A stretch of 63,947 nucleotides of DNA, counting the filler, from Basidioascus undulatus (lineage: Eukaryota): assembly GCA_000826855.1 (NCBI GenBank). It is 3 parts of 3 records of this genome, joined end to end, with 100 filler letters (N's around TTAATTAATTAA, not from the genome) between each part and the next. Parts side by side here need not be neighbours in the genome. Positions count along the whole stretch, not along the records: positions 21,964 to 43,823 come from JTLS01000312.1; 2 more parts are not named here. One strand, written 5' to 3'. Shown here piece by piece: positions 24,250 through 36,591 of the stretch. Below the pieces are notes generated by a model, which made no database searches, was not told the DNA's origin, and saw nothing but the letters and a program-made list of their open reading frames with translations. Made by a program: the position numbers and the translations under genes. Every line of letters begins with the position of its first letter. Positions within the stretch are counted from its first letter, which is position 1.

Positions 24250-26035
24250 ATGACCCTCACCGACAACGTCGTCCGTTCCACCGCGCCTTCGAAAGATTCG
24301 CCCGTCGCATCTGGCACCAACGTAACGCGCCGCTCTTCAGCCTCTTCGTCTATTTCGCTGCACCTTCAGCTTGGAAATGACCACTCCACATCCACGGCGA
24401 TCATGCGCCTACGCGAGCTAGCAAAGAGCACCGAGGACGCCGCTCAGATCACCTCGCTGGCTGTTCAAGTCGACGGGAAGGAACCCGAGGAGGATTGGGG
24501 CGAGGAGAGGCGAAAGGTGGTCGCGGTCATTGGAGAAATCGACGCGTGTAAGTCATTCTATTGAACATTGCTATTCCTAAGTACCGAAGGCTTAGCGGTA
24601 GAGTGGTTCTGCAGACATGGCCGACATCCTCACCAAGGCAAAGCTCACCTCATTCGTTTACGTCGCGGAACCTTGGATGCCCAAGCTCGTCAAGACCGTC
24701 GAGCCTTTCTTGCCTGGACAGCTTGGGCTGAAAACGTTCACTTTCTGGTATGTCTTTGAAGGTATCCGCAGAAACAACGGCCTCATTGACACGACAACTT
24801 GGAAACACAGCGGCAACGAAGACGATCTTCCAATTCCACGCATCGAAGACATCAAGTCTCCCTTCGGCATCCAGCACCTAGACCTCCGCCATGTCACCAT
24901 CCCTCAGCCCTCTTTCGAAACCCTCTCGACGCCGTCCTCTCCGCTCGTCTCCTTTCATCTCACCAACGTCTGCACCGTGGGCCGCGCTTCCATCGAGATT
25001 CCGCCGTCGTTGTCGTTCGCGTGAGAAGATTACTCTCAGAATGTTTCTTTACATGACGCAATGCTCACATGTTCTGCACTCACAGCGCTCTCACCACGCT
25101 CACGCTGTCCGACATCGAGCTCAACCAGTCCACATACAGCCGCTTCCTGCCCGCCTCGCAGCTCCATCCCCAGTCCGTCGAGTGGGCTCGCGACCACAAG
25201 GCCATGTCCAACAACCTCACCGACGTCACGCTCATCAACGTTAAGGTCCCCGAGCAGGGACTGGGGCAATGGCTCACCGGTATCGGTCTCGGCCTTGCCA
25301 ATCTGCGGCGGCTGCGCGTCGGCTTCGCTGCCCTCAGGGGCCACGAGTCGCTCTTCCTCTCGCTCGGCGGTCTGGCCCACATGGTCCAGGGAAAGAAGCA
25401 TCTGGAGAGGCTAGCCCTCAACGTCGAGTGGGGAGAGCTGCAGGACAATCCGAAGCTGTCCAGGGCTTGGTGGCAGGCGCTGAGGGAGGATCTCTTCCCG
25501 GCGCTGCACCTCTGCCGGGCGCTGAAGGAGCTCGAGGTCCCCTGCACGCGCCTGGAGCTCAAGCCTCTTCGTTTTCTGTCCCGGGCTGCATCTTCGATTG
25601 AGACCCTCTCAGTGAAGGGGGTCTGCTGGGACCAGGCCACTGCGTCCACCGTGCGCGTCAGCCATTCTTCGAGAATATGTAACATGTGCTGACGCCCAAC
25701 TGGGACAGGCCCAAACCGTCGCCAGCTTTGACCTCTTCCCCTCGCTCCAGGGTCTTTGCCTCAGCTTCCAGCTCGCTGTCATCGACGTGGATACGCCTGC
25801 CGAGGAGCTCGACGGCAACGCGGGCAGTCGGTTCGTGCAGCAGTTCGTGCGGGGCTGCCCGCGGTTGTCGACTTTATCATTCAACGGACGCAAGTGGAGC
25901 TTGAAGCGGAGCCAAGTATCGTCCGTGGCGTCATCGAAGAGCATCGCGAAGGGCGGAAAGGGGCAAGTCAAGGAGGTCGACAAGGAGAACGCCGGTCATC
26001 TGGAGGACCTCGTCAGTATGGTCGACCTTGACTGA
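24250..26035 (+). CDS. Hypothetical RNI-like leucine-rich-repeat protein, 531 aa, 4 exons
   Basis: Introns 24548-24614, 25021-25085 and 25651-25708 give an uninterrupted frame. Repeated LxxLxL motifs include IQHLDL, LTTLTL, LRRLRV, LERLAL, LKELEV and LQGLCL. Confidence 0.7.
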
Positions 26036-26548
26036 GCATCAGAGCACTAGATTGTCGCAATATTTCCTGCTCTGCATGTTATACCTTGAAATTGATGGAG
26101 ACGATATTCAATGGATTGCCGCAACTGCAAGTATGCGAAAATCTGTCTGAAGCGCGCCACTGCGACGCTTCGACGCCGTGAGGCACTGTGCCTTGATGTG
26201 TCAGTCTCCAATTCTGTTGCTTGAATGGCTTCTACTAAGGCCATACGCGCGTCTGTGCGGCACGAAGCTCGCCTGAGGTGGCTGCCTTGACAGCAGACTT
26301 TTGTAATTTAGTTCCCGGACAGACTGAAATGACAAAACGTTGATTGAGATTCTGTCTGCTTGGGCGGGGTTGCCAAGGGGAAGAAGAAGTGAGGCCGTGC
26401 AACCGGTCGCGTCGCCAGAAAGCAGGGCAGGTCTCTTCACGACTACCACACCGCTCCTGATCGTCCCCGACGAACAGCTCCTAATCTCCACACTTCTATC
26501 ATATCTACTTCCCACGTTTCGTTCAGACTACCCCCACGCCTCGGAACC

Positions 26549-29502
26549 ATGTTCAAGCGAGCACTCGCAGCTTTTGCCGCTCTCACCTTGGCCACGGCTG
26601 CTAGCGCGAAGCTGCACCACATGTATCCCCAGAACTTCGGTGCGTCGAGATATTCCTAGTTTGCCACCCTTTGATACCCACTCCCAGAGCATCCCAATGC
26701 CATGCAACGACTTCAGACCACGACAATCCGGAGAACCAACTTCTCAAGATACGTTGCGACGCCCATACCAATAGCAGTGATAAGCTGGTTAATTGCGCAC
26801 CACATGATTGGAAACAGTAAGTATCGGATCATGTTGCCCCTTCCATAAGGTCCGTTTACTGTAGGCTAACGTAAGACAGCAACAGCATATCCGTACACGC
26901 AGGCGACGTGGCTGGCGGACATTAAACTGGCGAGTGCGAATGGCATGTCAGTGGCTGATTGATGTTAAAGCTTGGAACCTTAGGGATCATCTAAATCTTT
27001 TCGAATCATAGCGACGCATTTGCCCTCAACATGGGGAGCGACTCCTAGCAGCCGGCTCGCATTGCCGACGCGTGGCTTTCTTCACCTATGAGAGAGGAAG
27101 TGCTTCCTCTTACCCGGGCTCCCACAGATATGCCGCAGCTCAAGCCAGCGGGACTGGTTTCAAGGTTTGTATGTATATTTTCGCCAAAGGGGCTTGACTT
27201 CGGCATGACTGACAGACTCACGGACACGGACAGTCTTCTCGTTCGACATGACTGCCATGCCCGGCAACTCCTGGAACGACGCCGTCAACTTGAAGAACTT
27301 GGTGAAGCAGGCAGGTCCTTTATCGCTTTGGACTTTAAAGTTTACGGCACCGCTCACGATCTGCTTCGACAGTACTACTACCACCCCAACCAGCAATACT
27401 ACAAGGGGCTTCCCCTTGTGTCCACCTTCTCGGGCGAATATTCCACTTTCGGTCAGGACAGCGCCCAAGCTGGATGTACGTTTCATCTCTTCCTTTGGCT
27501 GAGCAACCCCGAACTCAAGGGAGGTCATCTGCGATGCAGGGCAAGATGCTTTCAAGGGACCCCTGAGCAGCTCTGGATACCCCATCTACTTCGTGCCTGT
27601 ACGTCGTCGTGTCTTTAGCCTATCTTGCGAGGGGGTTTCAACCCGACTAATATCTCTTCATAGGCTCTGTTCGGCGACGTTAGGAACTTCAACTCTTTCA
27701 CTGCCAAGTGGGTTGATCCTCTGCCGCTAACGCGCTGTCAGACTTCTTCTGATGCTATCTGCACAATTTTCGCAGCGACGGGTAAGACGCCTTGACATAG
27801 CAAGGAAGACAAAAGAGTGGAAATGTCTAGATTACCCTTACAGACTCTTCAACTGGGATGCTGCGTGGCCGCACGACGCGAGTGAGTCGCCGTGTGTTGC
27901 ATCAATGGCCACACAGCTCACCTTTCGGTACACAGACCCGGTCACGACCGATCTCGACAAGACTTGGATTGCCAACGTAGGCGCCTCGGAATCGGAGAGT
28001 TTCCTACAGTCTCCCAGACACTGAAGTTTTTTTTGGTTCAGAACACCGGCAAGAGTTACATGACCTCCGTCGCGCCGTTCTTCTTCACAGTGAGTTATGT
28101 TTTCCTGCCGGCCTCTTCACCTGGTGCCTGGTCTTGACTCTTCGGTCTTTCCCTAGCACTACAGCCCCCAAACTTTGAACAAGAACTGGATCTACAGCGT
28201 TCGTTTTTGGACAGGCTCTTGAGACCGAGCAAGTTACTGACATTATCCTCTACGAACAGGCCAAGGACCGTGAGTACACTGGTCGGACTGTATTCGGGCG
28301 CTCCATGGCTAACGCCTAAGTTTGTTAGACCACTTGGTTAAGCGGTGGCAGCATATCCTGTCCATGCGCAGCCAGATTGACATCGTCCAGGTATGTCTGA
28401 AGACTTTCACCTTCCGTGAGGGCGGGGAGCTGAGGTGGAGGAAAAAAAATCCTACAGGTTATTTCGTGGAACGGTGAGAGAATATTCAGCCACATTAAAT
28501 CCTACCAGATGCTGAAGTGGACTTTCACAACAGACTACGGCGAGAGGTTTGTCGCACTCGCCGCTTAGATGAGCCACCAGTACTGACGAAGCATTCCCCG
28601 ACTTCTTTCTCGCAGCCACTGTAGGTCATTGTCTTGAGTACGGCTAGGCAGCCAATAATCACATCGATTGCGTTTTACAAACAGATGTCGGTCCCATCGG
28701 AGGAGCTCAGCCGAACTCGCAGGCGATGGGCCGACGGCTACCCTCACGAGCAAGTCATCCGCGTCTATGCTACTGCCTTCAAGACCGGCAACATGCCCGT
28801 GGTCGACGTGAGTAAGATGCAACTTTCTCATGGTCCTGAAGCTGACTGCTCTTCGGTTTAACCCAGCGTGACGCCGTGTTATTCTGGGCCAGGCCGCACC
28901 CCATGGCGGCCGTTGCGACTGCGGACAGCGTCGCGCAGCCTAACAACTGGGACTGGGAGGAGGACAAGGTGTACTACGTCTTCTTGGTCAAGGTGCGCTC
29001 TCGGTTTTGCCGTAATCTTGATCGAGGTTGCTTATACTGACTGCGTTGACGACGCCCGCAGAGCGACAACACCTTCATCCAGATCTACACCAAGACCTCC
29101 TACAGTGCGTCCTATTGTACTACCTATGATCACAGACAGAGCGGATATTGATTATGCCTCCTTTCACAGGACAATCGACTGTCGCGAAGGGCATCTTCCT
29201 CGTCGCTCTCAACCTGAACAATCAGCCCAATCAGGGCACGATCGGGTACCGTCTGACAGGCCCGCAATCGCACATTAACACGGTGCGGCTTTCCTTCATT
29301 ATTTTATGGAGAGCTTAAGGAGTCCGTTGACTACCCTCAAAGGTGGACCCCAACTACCGCTGGAGCTTGAGCCCGAAGGTGTACAACTTCAAGTGCGTCC
29401 TCCGCGCTCCTGACTCATCCAGCACGGCTGACCCCCTTCACCTTACACAGCTACTATGTAGGGGGCAAGATCTTCTCCTATGCCCCTCACTCTCCCCCTT
29501 AA
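26549..29502 (+). pseudogene. GH71 alpha-1,3-glucanase (mutanase) pseudogene, about 24 introns
   Basis: Signal peptide MFKRALAAFAALTLATAASA and GH71 motifs AHHMIGNT, GIDAFALN, FFSFDM, LFNWDAAWP, YMTSVAPFFFTHY, NKNWIY and ISWNDYGESHY are present. In-frame TAG at 27046-27048 sits where Trp is expected, and an extra base near 28726 breaks PNSQA/WADGYPH. Confidence 0.88.
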
Positions 29503-30442
29503 TCCTATACCTCGAACCCCATACCCCGCGTCCACTCGTTTGTAGACTCGCGCCATGTTTCATCCTCGGTTATCTCACTTTTCATTGGTTGAACGGCTTC
29601 ATTCCCTCGGCACCATTATACCTCGGTCACTTGCACACGGCTGTTGTGGGCAATTCATTGCTGCACAATACACTGTTTGCGTCTTCGGGTATGCGCCACT
29701 GTGTGGAACCTTCCAACTTCCCGGCAAGGGTTTTATTAAAATTTGCGAGCAAAATTCTCTACGGTACTAACGTAGTGACGAGGAGAAGTCTGAAATGTGC
29801 GGGACAGCCTGCGAACCGGCGGACGCCGAACATGTTGCGGTCACCGAAGAGGAACGAGCTCGCAATACAGCATACTGCTCACTTGCATTCAGGCCCATTG
29901 GAATTGGATTATTGGAACTTAAATCGGAGGACATCGAGCAGGAACAGAAAGGTATACCGACACCCCAAGAAGACACGCTGTGTGAACTTTTGCTCCAGGA
30001 CTTTGGGTATATGCGCAGCTGGCCTTATTGTATCTGACTCCAAAGCAGAGTATGCATCTAGGGCTGGTGATAAGCCTTCATCTTCCAATTTGTCCAGCAT
30101 ACTTATGGAAATAAAGCCTCAGCAGGTAAAGTCGATCGGAAGGAAGAATCGAGGATGCAACTAGACCTTACAACACCGTATTTTACGTGTTAGAGCAAGT
30201 TGTGAGCTTTCGAAGGTTATAGTAATATTTTCTGAGGCCAAAAGTCTTTATCACTTACTGCCGAGCAACAGAGCAGCAATGTAATCCCGAAGTCGGTGTG
30301 CCCTGCCATTCCAGTTTCCGCCCTCCCCCCTCCCCATTCCCTGCGCCCGCTTGCCTGACTTGTCCTCCGATCATCACCCGGCCTTCTAACCCCCCACCTT
30401 ACTTCTCCTCCCCAAATCACGCCACCTAGAGCCAAGACAACC

Positions 30443-31467
30443 ATGTCCTCCCCGGCCTCCTCACCCCCCAACTCCGGCCAGCCCCTCATCCCCGCAACGC
30501 TCTACAAGCCCCGCGCCCGGAACGCGTCCACATCCACATCATCGCGCCCCCCCAAGACGATGGAGGAACTACTTCAGGGTGGGTTGGTCTAGCTTGAGGA
30601 AGATGTTGAGTGGAGGATGGGACGGGGGAACCTGATTGCTGATTGTGCGTGGATGGGGCGGGGGCGGGGGGAGACAGACCAGCTGAGGCTGCAGGCGCAG
30701 GGGATCGCGTTTCAGAGGGCGCAGGTCGGGCGAGGTGCGTCTAAAGATGGTTGCTTGTCCTCTCCAATTAGCCACTGGTGCTGACATTTGGAGGTGCTCA
30801 TAGCGGAAAGCGCGGGCACGCTCGCCCTGCTGAAAGGCAGCTCCGACGCCCTGCTAGTCTTCGTGCGTGGCCCCCTTCACGTCTCAGGTTCAGGATCTCT
30901 GCCGTTCACCGAGTATAGGTGCACACAGGACGGACTTCTCCTCGCCGCCATCACGACCCTCCTTGTCGAGGTCTGGGTGCCCGTCGTCGAGTCCCCGTCG
31001 ACCGCTTCCAAGGACGCAAAGTGGATCTGCGCGTGGTACTGGTTCGCGCTGCTCTTTTCCGTTTGTCCCCTCCCCTTTCGACCATCTCCCACAGCTAACC
31101 CCCCCACACCCTCCAGCTGATCTCCGCCGTCTTTGCCCTCCTCTCCCAACGCTGGCTCCTCTACCACGGCCTCGCCCTCACCCTCACCCTCTCCCCCCAC
31201 TGCTCCTCCCCTCCAATCCCCACCCTCGCCGCGGTGTCCCCCTTCCTCCTCCGCCTCCGCATCGCCTTCCTCGCGCTCAGCGCGGCCCTCTCACTCTTTG
31301 GCACTGGCGTGATGCACCAGCTCTGGAGCGTCGAGGCGATGAGGCCCCTCGCTGGCGCGGCGAGCGGCGTCGTTGGGCTCGTGGCGGTTGCGGCGGCGGG
31401 GATGTGGAGGCAATTGGGGAGCCCGCCGCCTGTGGGGCGGGGTGAGGAGGGGGTTAATGGAGTGTAG
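30443..31467 (+). CDS. DUF6535-like integral membrane protein (possibly frameshifted in exon 2)
   Basis: Reads SDALLVF|DGLLLAAITTLLVE...WYWFALLFS|LISAVFALLSQRWL plus further hydrophobic helices. The most natural exon 1-2 join (EELLQDQLRLQAQ) needs a 1-nt gain near 30703; an alternative GTTGGT donor would keep the frame open. Confidence 0.55.
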
Positions 31468-32659
31468 GTGTGGGGCTGTGTGGGAGAGTGGTGTGGGAGG
31501 GGGGTGTCGGTTGTTGAGAAGAATGTACGATGTGTGGTCTATGAAAGAACGAGTGGCCTCGAGCATTCCGTTCGTCCTGTTTCGCATTTCAGAGTGAGGG
31601 ACCTGTATAAGGTCCCCCGAACGTACCTTAAATTATATCTAAAAAAATCAATGGAAGTCAATGAGTTGCAGATGTGGGCTCGCAGCGCTCGCAGCGTCCG
31701 GAAGTTGCCGTGAAATGCTAATTGGCACTCCCTTTCGAACTTCTGGACACTCTCGTCAGATGTGTTTTCCTCGTTCACGGGGTGCAATCTCTTCTTTCCT
31801 TTCCCCCTTATCCCTCGCTTCATCTCTGCGTTCTCCCCTTTCTCGAACCCAAGCTCGGGAGGAGGGCGGCCCGTCGTTTGGACTCGTCAAGGGGCAATGC
31901 GGGCGATCCTCTCCGGCTGCGCTTCTCAAACAACCAGGAATTCATTGGATGTGCTTGCCGTCAGACGCGATGCATGGAAAACTGAAGAACTTCGGTCTGT
32001 CGAAGCGTCGGAGAATAAACACTCGATGTAGATCGCTGTTCTGACAGGTGAAAGCCGTCGCAGTGTGCCATTCTTCGCGTCCCTCAGCCTGCCTTCTCTA
32101 CCCACTTTTAGATACACGGCGATGACCAAAAAGACTACCGAAGACGCACGAATATTAAGGACATGTCGATTTACAAAGCAGAGATGCGTTGCTTGACGAC
32201 GACACGCTCACACGGGGCGAGACAAGTCGGGCCCTGTTTCGCACCGGTTTCGCCTTGTCTTTCGTTGTCCTGGCCGCCGGAGCCCACGCTTGTTGTTTGC
32301 AATTGCCTTCGCTCGTCCGCTTGTCCTCGACTGTCGTTACGCCCCTTCGCCTCGCCGGTTCGCCGGCTGCTTCCATCCTGATCCTCACCACCATCAGCAT
32401 CGTCCTCGCTGTTCTCAACGACGAGTCCAGCATTCGAATCGAAAGAGCCTAGCGCTCGATCGTCCATCGCTTCTACGCCCCCGTCGCTCGTTCCTCCTCC
32501 GTCCGCCGCCGCCGTATCGCCTCGTCTCCCACTCCGCGGCACCCGTCAGATCTTGCTGGTCAAGCTTCTTGAACCCCAATCCCCTCGGAAACCCCGCACC
32601 GCCACACCCACACCGCCACACCCACTCCCACTCAGCCCGCTTCCCCTCCCTAGCTCATC

Positions 32660-35600
32660 ATGTGCGACCCCCCGCCTTCGCCCCCTCCTCTTCTCCCCTC
32701 CGCGGCTGACCTGCACTCTCTTCACAGGTACCGCGCCTCCTCCGGCTACGACTTCAAGGACCCGGACCAGTCCTTCGGGAGCGCCGACCTTGCCGCCGCG
32801 CAGGATGGGCGGCAGCCGACGCACCTCATGCGTAAGAAGTCCGAGCGCGAGCGCCTCCAGGGCCTCATGCGCTCCAAATCCCGCGCTGGCAGCATCCTCC
32901 AGACGGAGGGCGACGCTGGCCGCGGTGTCGCGAACGAGTTCACGCTCGTCCAGCGCGTCAGGCTGTGGATGGTCAATGAGGGTGCGTTTGGTCCACGGGA
33001 GCTGGGAGGAGGAAGGCGATGGGACTGATTGGGGTGGGGTGGGAAAACCCAGGCGCCCTCCGCATCTTCTTCGCTGTCTGGCTCCTACTCCACGCGCTTG
33101 TGTTCGCGTTTGGCTTCCTCATGTACGCGACGAAGGACAACCTGACGAAGGGTGCGTCGCTCTCCTCGCGGATTGCCCTCCGTCCATCCCCCGTCTCAAC
33201 TTAATCCCCCTCGCCTCTCCATGCCCCCACAGCCCGCGCCACATTTGGCATCACCTACTCCTTTTCGCGCTCGGCCGCACTCGTCCTCCACGTCGACGTC
33301 GCGTTCATCATGCTCCCCGTCTGCCGAAACCTCATCTCCTTCCTGCGCAGCACGCCTCTGTGCGTCCCTCCGTCCCCTCCCCCTCCCTTTCAACCCTCCC
33401 TCAACATCCTCTTGCCCTCCTCCCTAAATTGACTCTCTTCTCTCTCGAAGCGGCTCCGTCATCCCCTTCGACAAAAGCATCACGTTCCACAAGGCCGTCG
33501 CGTGGAGCATCGTCTTCTTCACGCTCGTGCACACCGCCGCGCACATGGTCAACTTTGCGCGCTTCGCGATCGCCACCAACAGTGCGTCTTGCACACCCCC
33601 CCGCCCCTCTTCCCCCTTCCCTGCCTTTTCTTTCCATCTATTTTTCTTTCCATCTTGTGCCCTACTCACCCGCTGCGTCGGATGCTTTCAGCCGGCTTCA
33701 TCGGATTCCTCCTCGCTAACTTCGCTACCGGCCCGGGCGCGACGGGGTGGGTGATGAACCTCTGCTTGCTCATCAGTGCGTCTTCTCCTCCCTTGTTTCT
33801 TTTCCAGTCCGCCTCCAATAACCAACCAACCCGATCGCCATCTCCGCAGTCGTCTGGTTCGCGATGGAGAAGCGCCGCCGCTCGCCGAACGGCGGGTTCG
33901 AAAAGTTCTGGTGCGTGAATTCCCTCCCGCTTTTGAACTTGCCCGTTCTCGGCGCGAGGTCGAGCCTGTTTGCTGACCGTTGGGCGGGGGCCTGAATAGG
34001 TACTCGCACCATCTCTTCATCATATTCTTCCTCCTTTGGCAGGCGCACGGTATGTTCTGTATGATCCGTACGTCTTCTCCCCTTCCCCCTCCCCGCGGTG
34101 TTCAACATAGCTCACTTCCGTTTGCTGAACGCCCTCAGAGCCCGACACGCCGCCCTACTGCGACTTCATGCAGATCGGAGTCTTCTGGGTCCGCGCCCTT
34201 CCCTTTCCTCGCTCGCTCCCAACAATGTGGCTGATGGATGATGATTGCCCGCAGAAATACTGGCTCGTCGGCGGGGTGATCTACATTGTGGAGCGCATCA
34301 TGCGCGAGGTGCGCGCGCGGCACAAGACGTACGTCTCCAAGGTGATCCAGCACCCGAGCAAGGTCGTCGAGGTGCAGATCAAGAAGGAGAAGACGAAGAC
34401 GCAGGCGGGGCAGGTGAGCGATTGAGTGGAGTCTTGCGGCTGGCGTAGGCGGAAGCTGAAGTTGGCTGATTTGGGGTTTCGGGACCGCAAAGTATATCTT
34501 CCTCAACTGCCCGGAGGTCTCTTACTGGCAGTGGCACCCGTTCACGCTCACCAGCGCGCCGGAGGAGGACTACATCTCGGTTCATATCCGCGTGGTGCGC
34601 CGTCCATCTTATTTCCCTCTTCACGCATCCACCCCCAGTGCAAATTTTTTTTTTTTTTGCTCGTTTGTGCACTCGCAGGTCGGCGACTTCACGACCGCCT
34701 TTGCCAAAGCACTCGGGTGCGACTTCGATTCCACGGACGAGAAGAACGCGGACACGCGCGTCGTCAAACCGCCCATCAACCGCGTCCTGCCCCGCGTCAT
34801 GATCGACGGGCCGTTTGGGTCGGCATCGGAGGACGTTTTCAACGTGCGTCGCTTGGTGGTGGCGTGTGAGCGGGCGGGAGCTCAACTTGTGGGTTGGGAT
34901 AGTATGAGGTCGCAGTGCTGGTGGGTGCGGGGATTGGTGTGACGCCGTTTGCGAGCATTCTGAAGGTGCGTCTGCAAATCGCAGCTGCGGTGCGTGTTGC
35001 TGATAAACGACTCCCGCCCGCAGTCTATCTGGTACCGCGCTGCGTACCCCGACCCCAAGAAGCCGACGCGTTTGAGCAAGGTCTACTTCTGTGTGTCCTT
35101 GCCCATTCCGCTCAACATCATCGCAGCCGCTGATAAGCATCCATCTCGCAGTCTGGGTCATCCGTGACTTCGGGAGCGCCGAGTGGTGTACGCCCAGTCT
35201 CCCTCTCTCGCATGACACTATTCTGACGCAGAGCTCTCTCCCACAGTCCAGTCGCTCTTGCACGCCATCGAGGAGCAGGACCTGGACAACTACATTGAGG
35301 TGCGTTGCGCTCCAACTGCATTCCCCCGCGGGCGACGCTGACAAGTCGGACTGGGCGCTGCGTTGTGTCGCAGATCCACACGTACCTGACGGCAAAGATC
35401 AAGGAGGACGACATCCAGAACATCCTCGCGCACGACGTCGGCAACGACCGTGATGCCATCTCCGGGCTGCGCGCGCCCACGCACTTTGGGCGCCCGAACT
35501 GGGTGCGTTGGCCATTTTGTCGCGGTGCGGGGTTAAGACACTGACGCGGGCGTACAGGACCGCATCTTCACCTCCGTCTCGGATCGCCACCCCGACACGG

Positions 35601-35792
35601 ACGTTGGCGTGTTCTTCTGCGGGCCGAAGGCACTAAGCTCGACGTTGCACGTCATGTGCAACAAGTACTCCAAGCCTGAGGGCTCGCGCTTCTTGTGCGT
35701 TTCGTCCAACCCCCCTCACCATCCTTCCGCTACGACGACTGATATTTGCATGGTCCGGCTCGGGTTCCAGCTTCGGCAAGGAGAACTTCTGA
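32660..35792 (+). CDS. noxB: NADPH oxidase, NoxB/Nox2 type (multi-exon)
   Basis: An N-terminal extension precedes RLWMVNEG and KDNLTKARATFG...SRSAALVLHVD...PVCRNLIS. Also present are WYSHHLF, the FAD-binding QWHPFTLTSAPEEDYISVHIR, DGPFG, GAGIGVTPFASILK, VFFCGP and the C-terminal FGKENF*. Confidence 0.93.
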
Positions 35793-36591
35793 TCTTTCTG
35801 CCCACACCCGTCGTCGTTCCGTCCGTCTCGTCTCGTCCCGTCTCGTCTCGCATCTTCGCTCTCTGTTGTGTTACTATCCACTCGTTCGCTCCGCATCGCA
35901 TGTTCGCTTTCGTTTTTGCACGCCCCCCTTCTTGCAGTTGTATTAATTCACATTTACTTTATCGTTCTTTGTGTCTTTGGGGTTGAGCAAGGAGATGTAA
36001 TTCTGGAGAACGGAGAGGGGAAGGGGGAGGTCGAGAGGTTCAACCGAGCGTGGGGCGGGGTAGGGGTGGGAGTGGGTTTCTTGTATGGCATGATGTTTCC
36101 CTGCGCTGCTTCGAAGTGGCTGGTTGGTACACGCGAGTGTGTGGTGATCATCCAGAACCAACGCCGACGTCCGTGAAGTGCCGCTCGTGCTCGAGCTTGG
36201 CAGTGCCAGGCGGGCATGTTCATCCTCCCCCTGACATTATCCCTATGTGAAGAACCGCATTGTCTTCCATGCATAACAATCTCTCCGCAGACATGCCTTT
36301 TTTCGCATGAAGTGCAAGGAGATAGCGCATCAGAGACAAGTGAACGGTCAGAAATAGGCTGTATGCGTTGTGTTGGTACACTGGACAGTCCGCTCGCCGA
36401 CATTCCAAATGTGCAAGGTCTACATAATAACAATATGCTTTCATGGCGAAATTGCCCCGTCTTAGCAGGAATGTTGCGGGTTCGCTCCCTGACACTGCGA
36501 GGCAGGCGAACGATGCGAAATCATGAGCAGCACAGAAAATAGCAAGCTTCTTGCATGGTAATGAGGCACCCCTCCACGTCCCCTATAACCC

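Noticed and set aside
29343..30164. 273-aa ORF
   Set aside because: It starts at a GTG inside a GH71 exon, runs through an intron and the 3' flank, and has no protein-like features, so it is probably a chance ORF.
32553..33719. 388-aa Pro/Ser/Arg-rich ORF and similar ORFs over OYE, DOP1 and PEP4
   Set aside because: Off-frame or antisense readings across exons and C-rich introns of identified genes.
35818..35852. (GTCTC)n-like tract after NoxB, and C-rich or G-rich intron tracts elsewhere
   Set aside because: Ordinary low-complexity sequence with no repeat-spacer structure. No CRISPR-like array was seen anywhere in the window.
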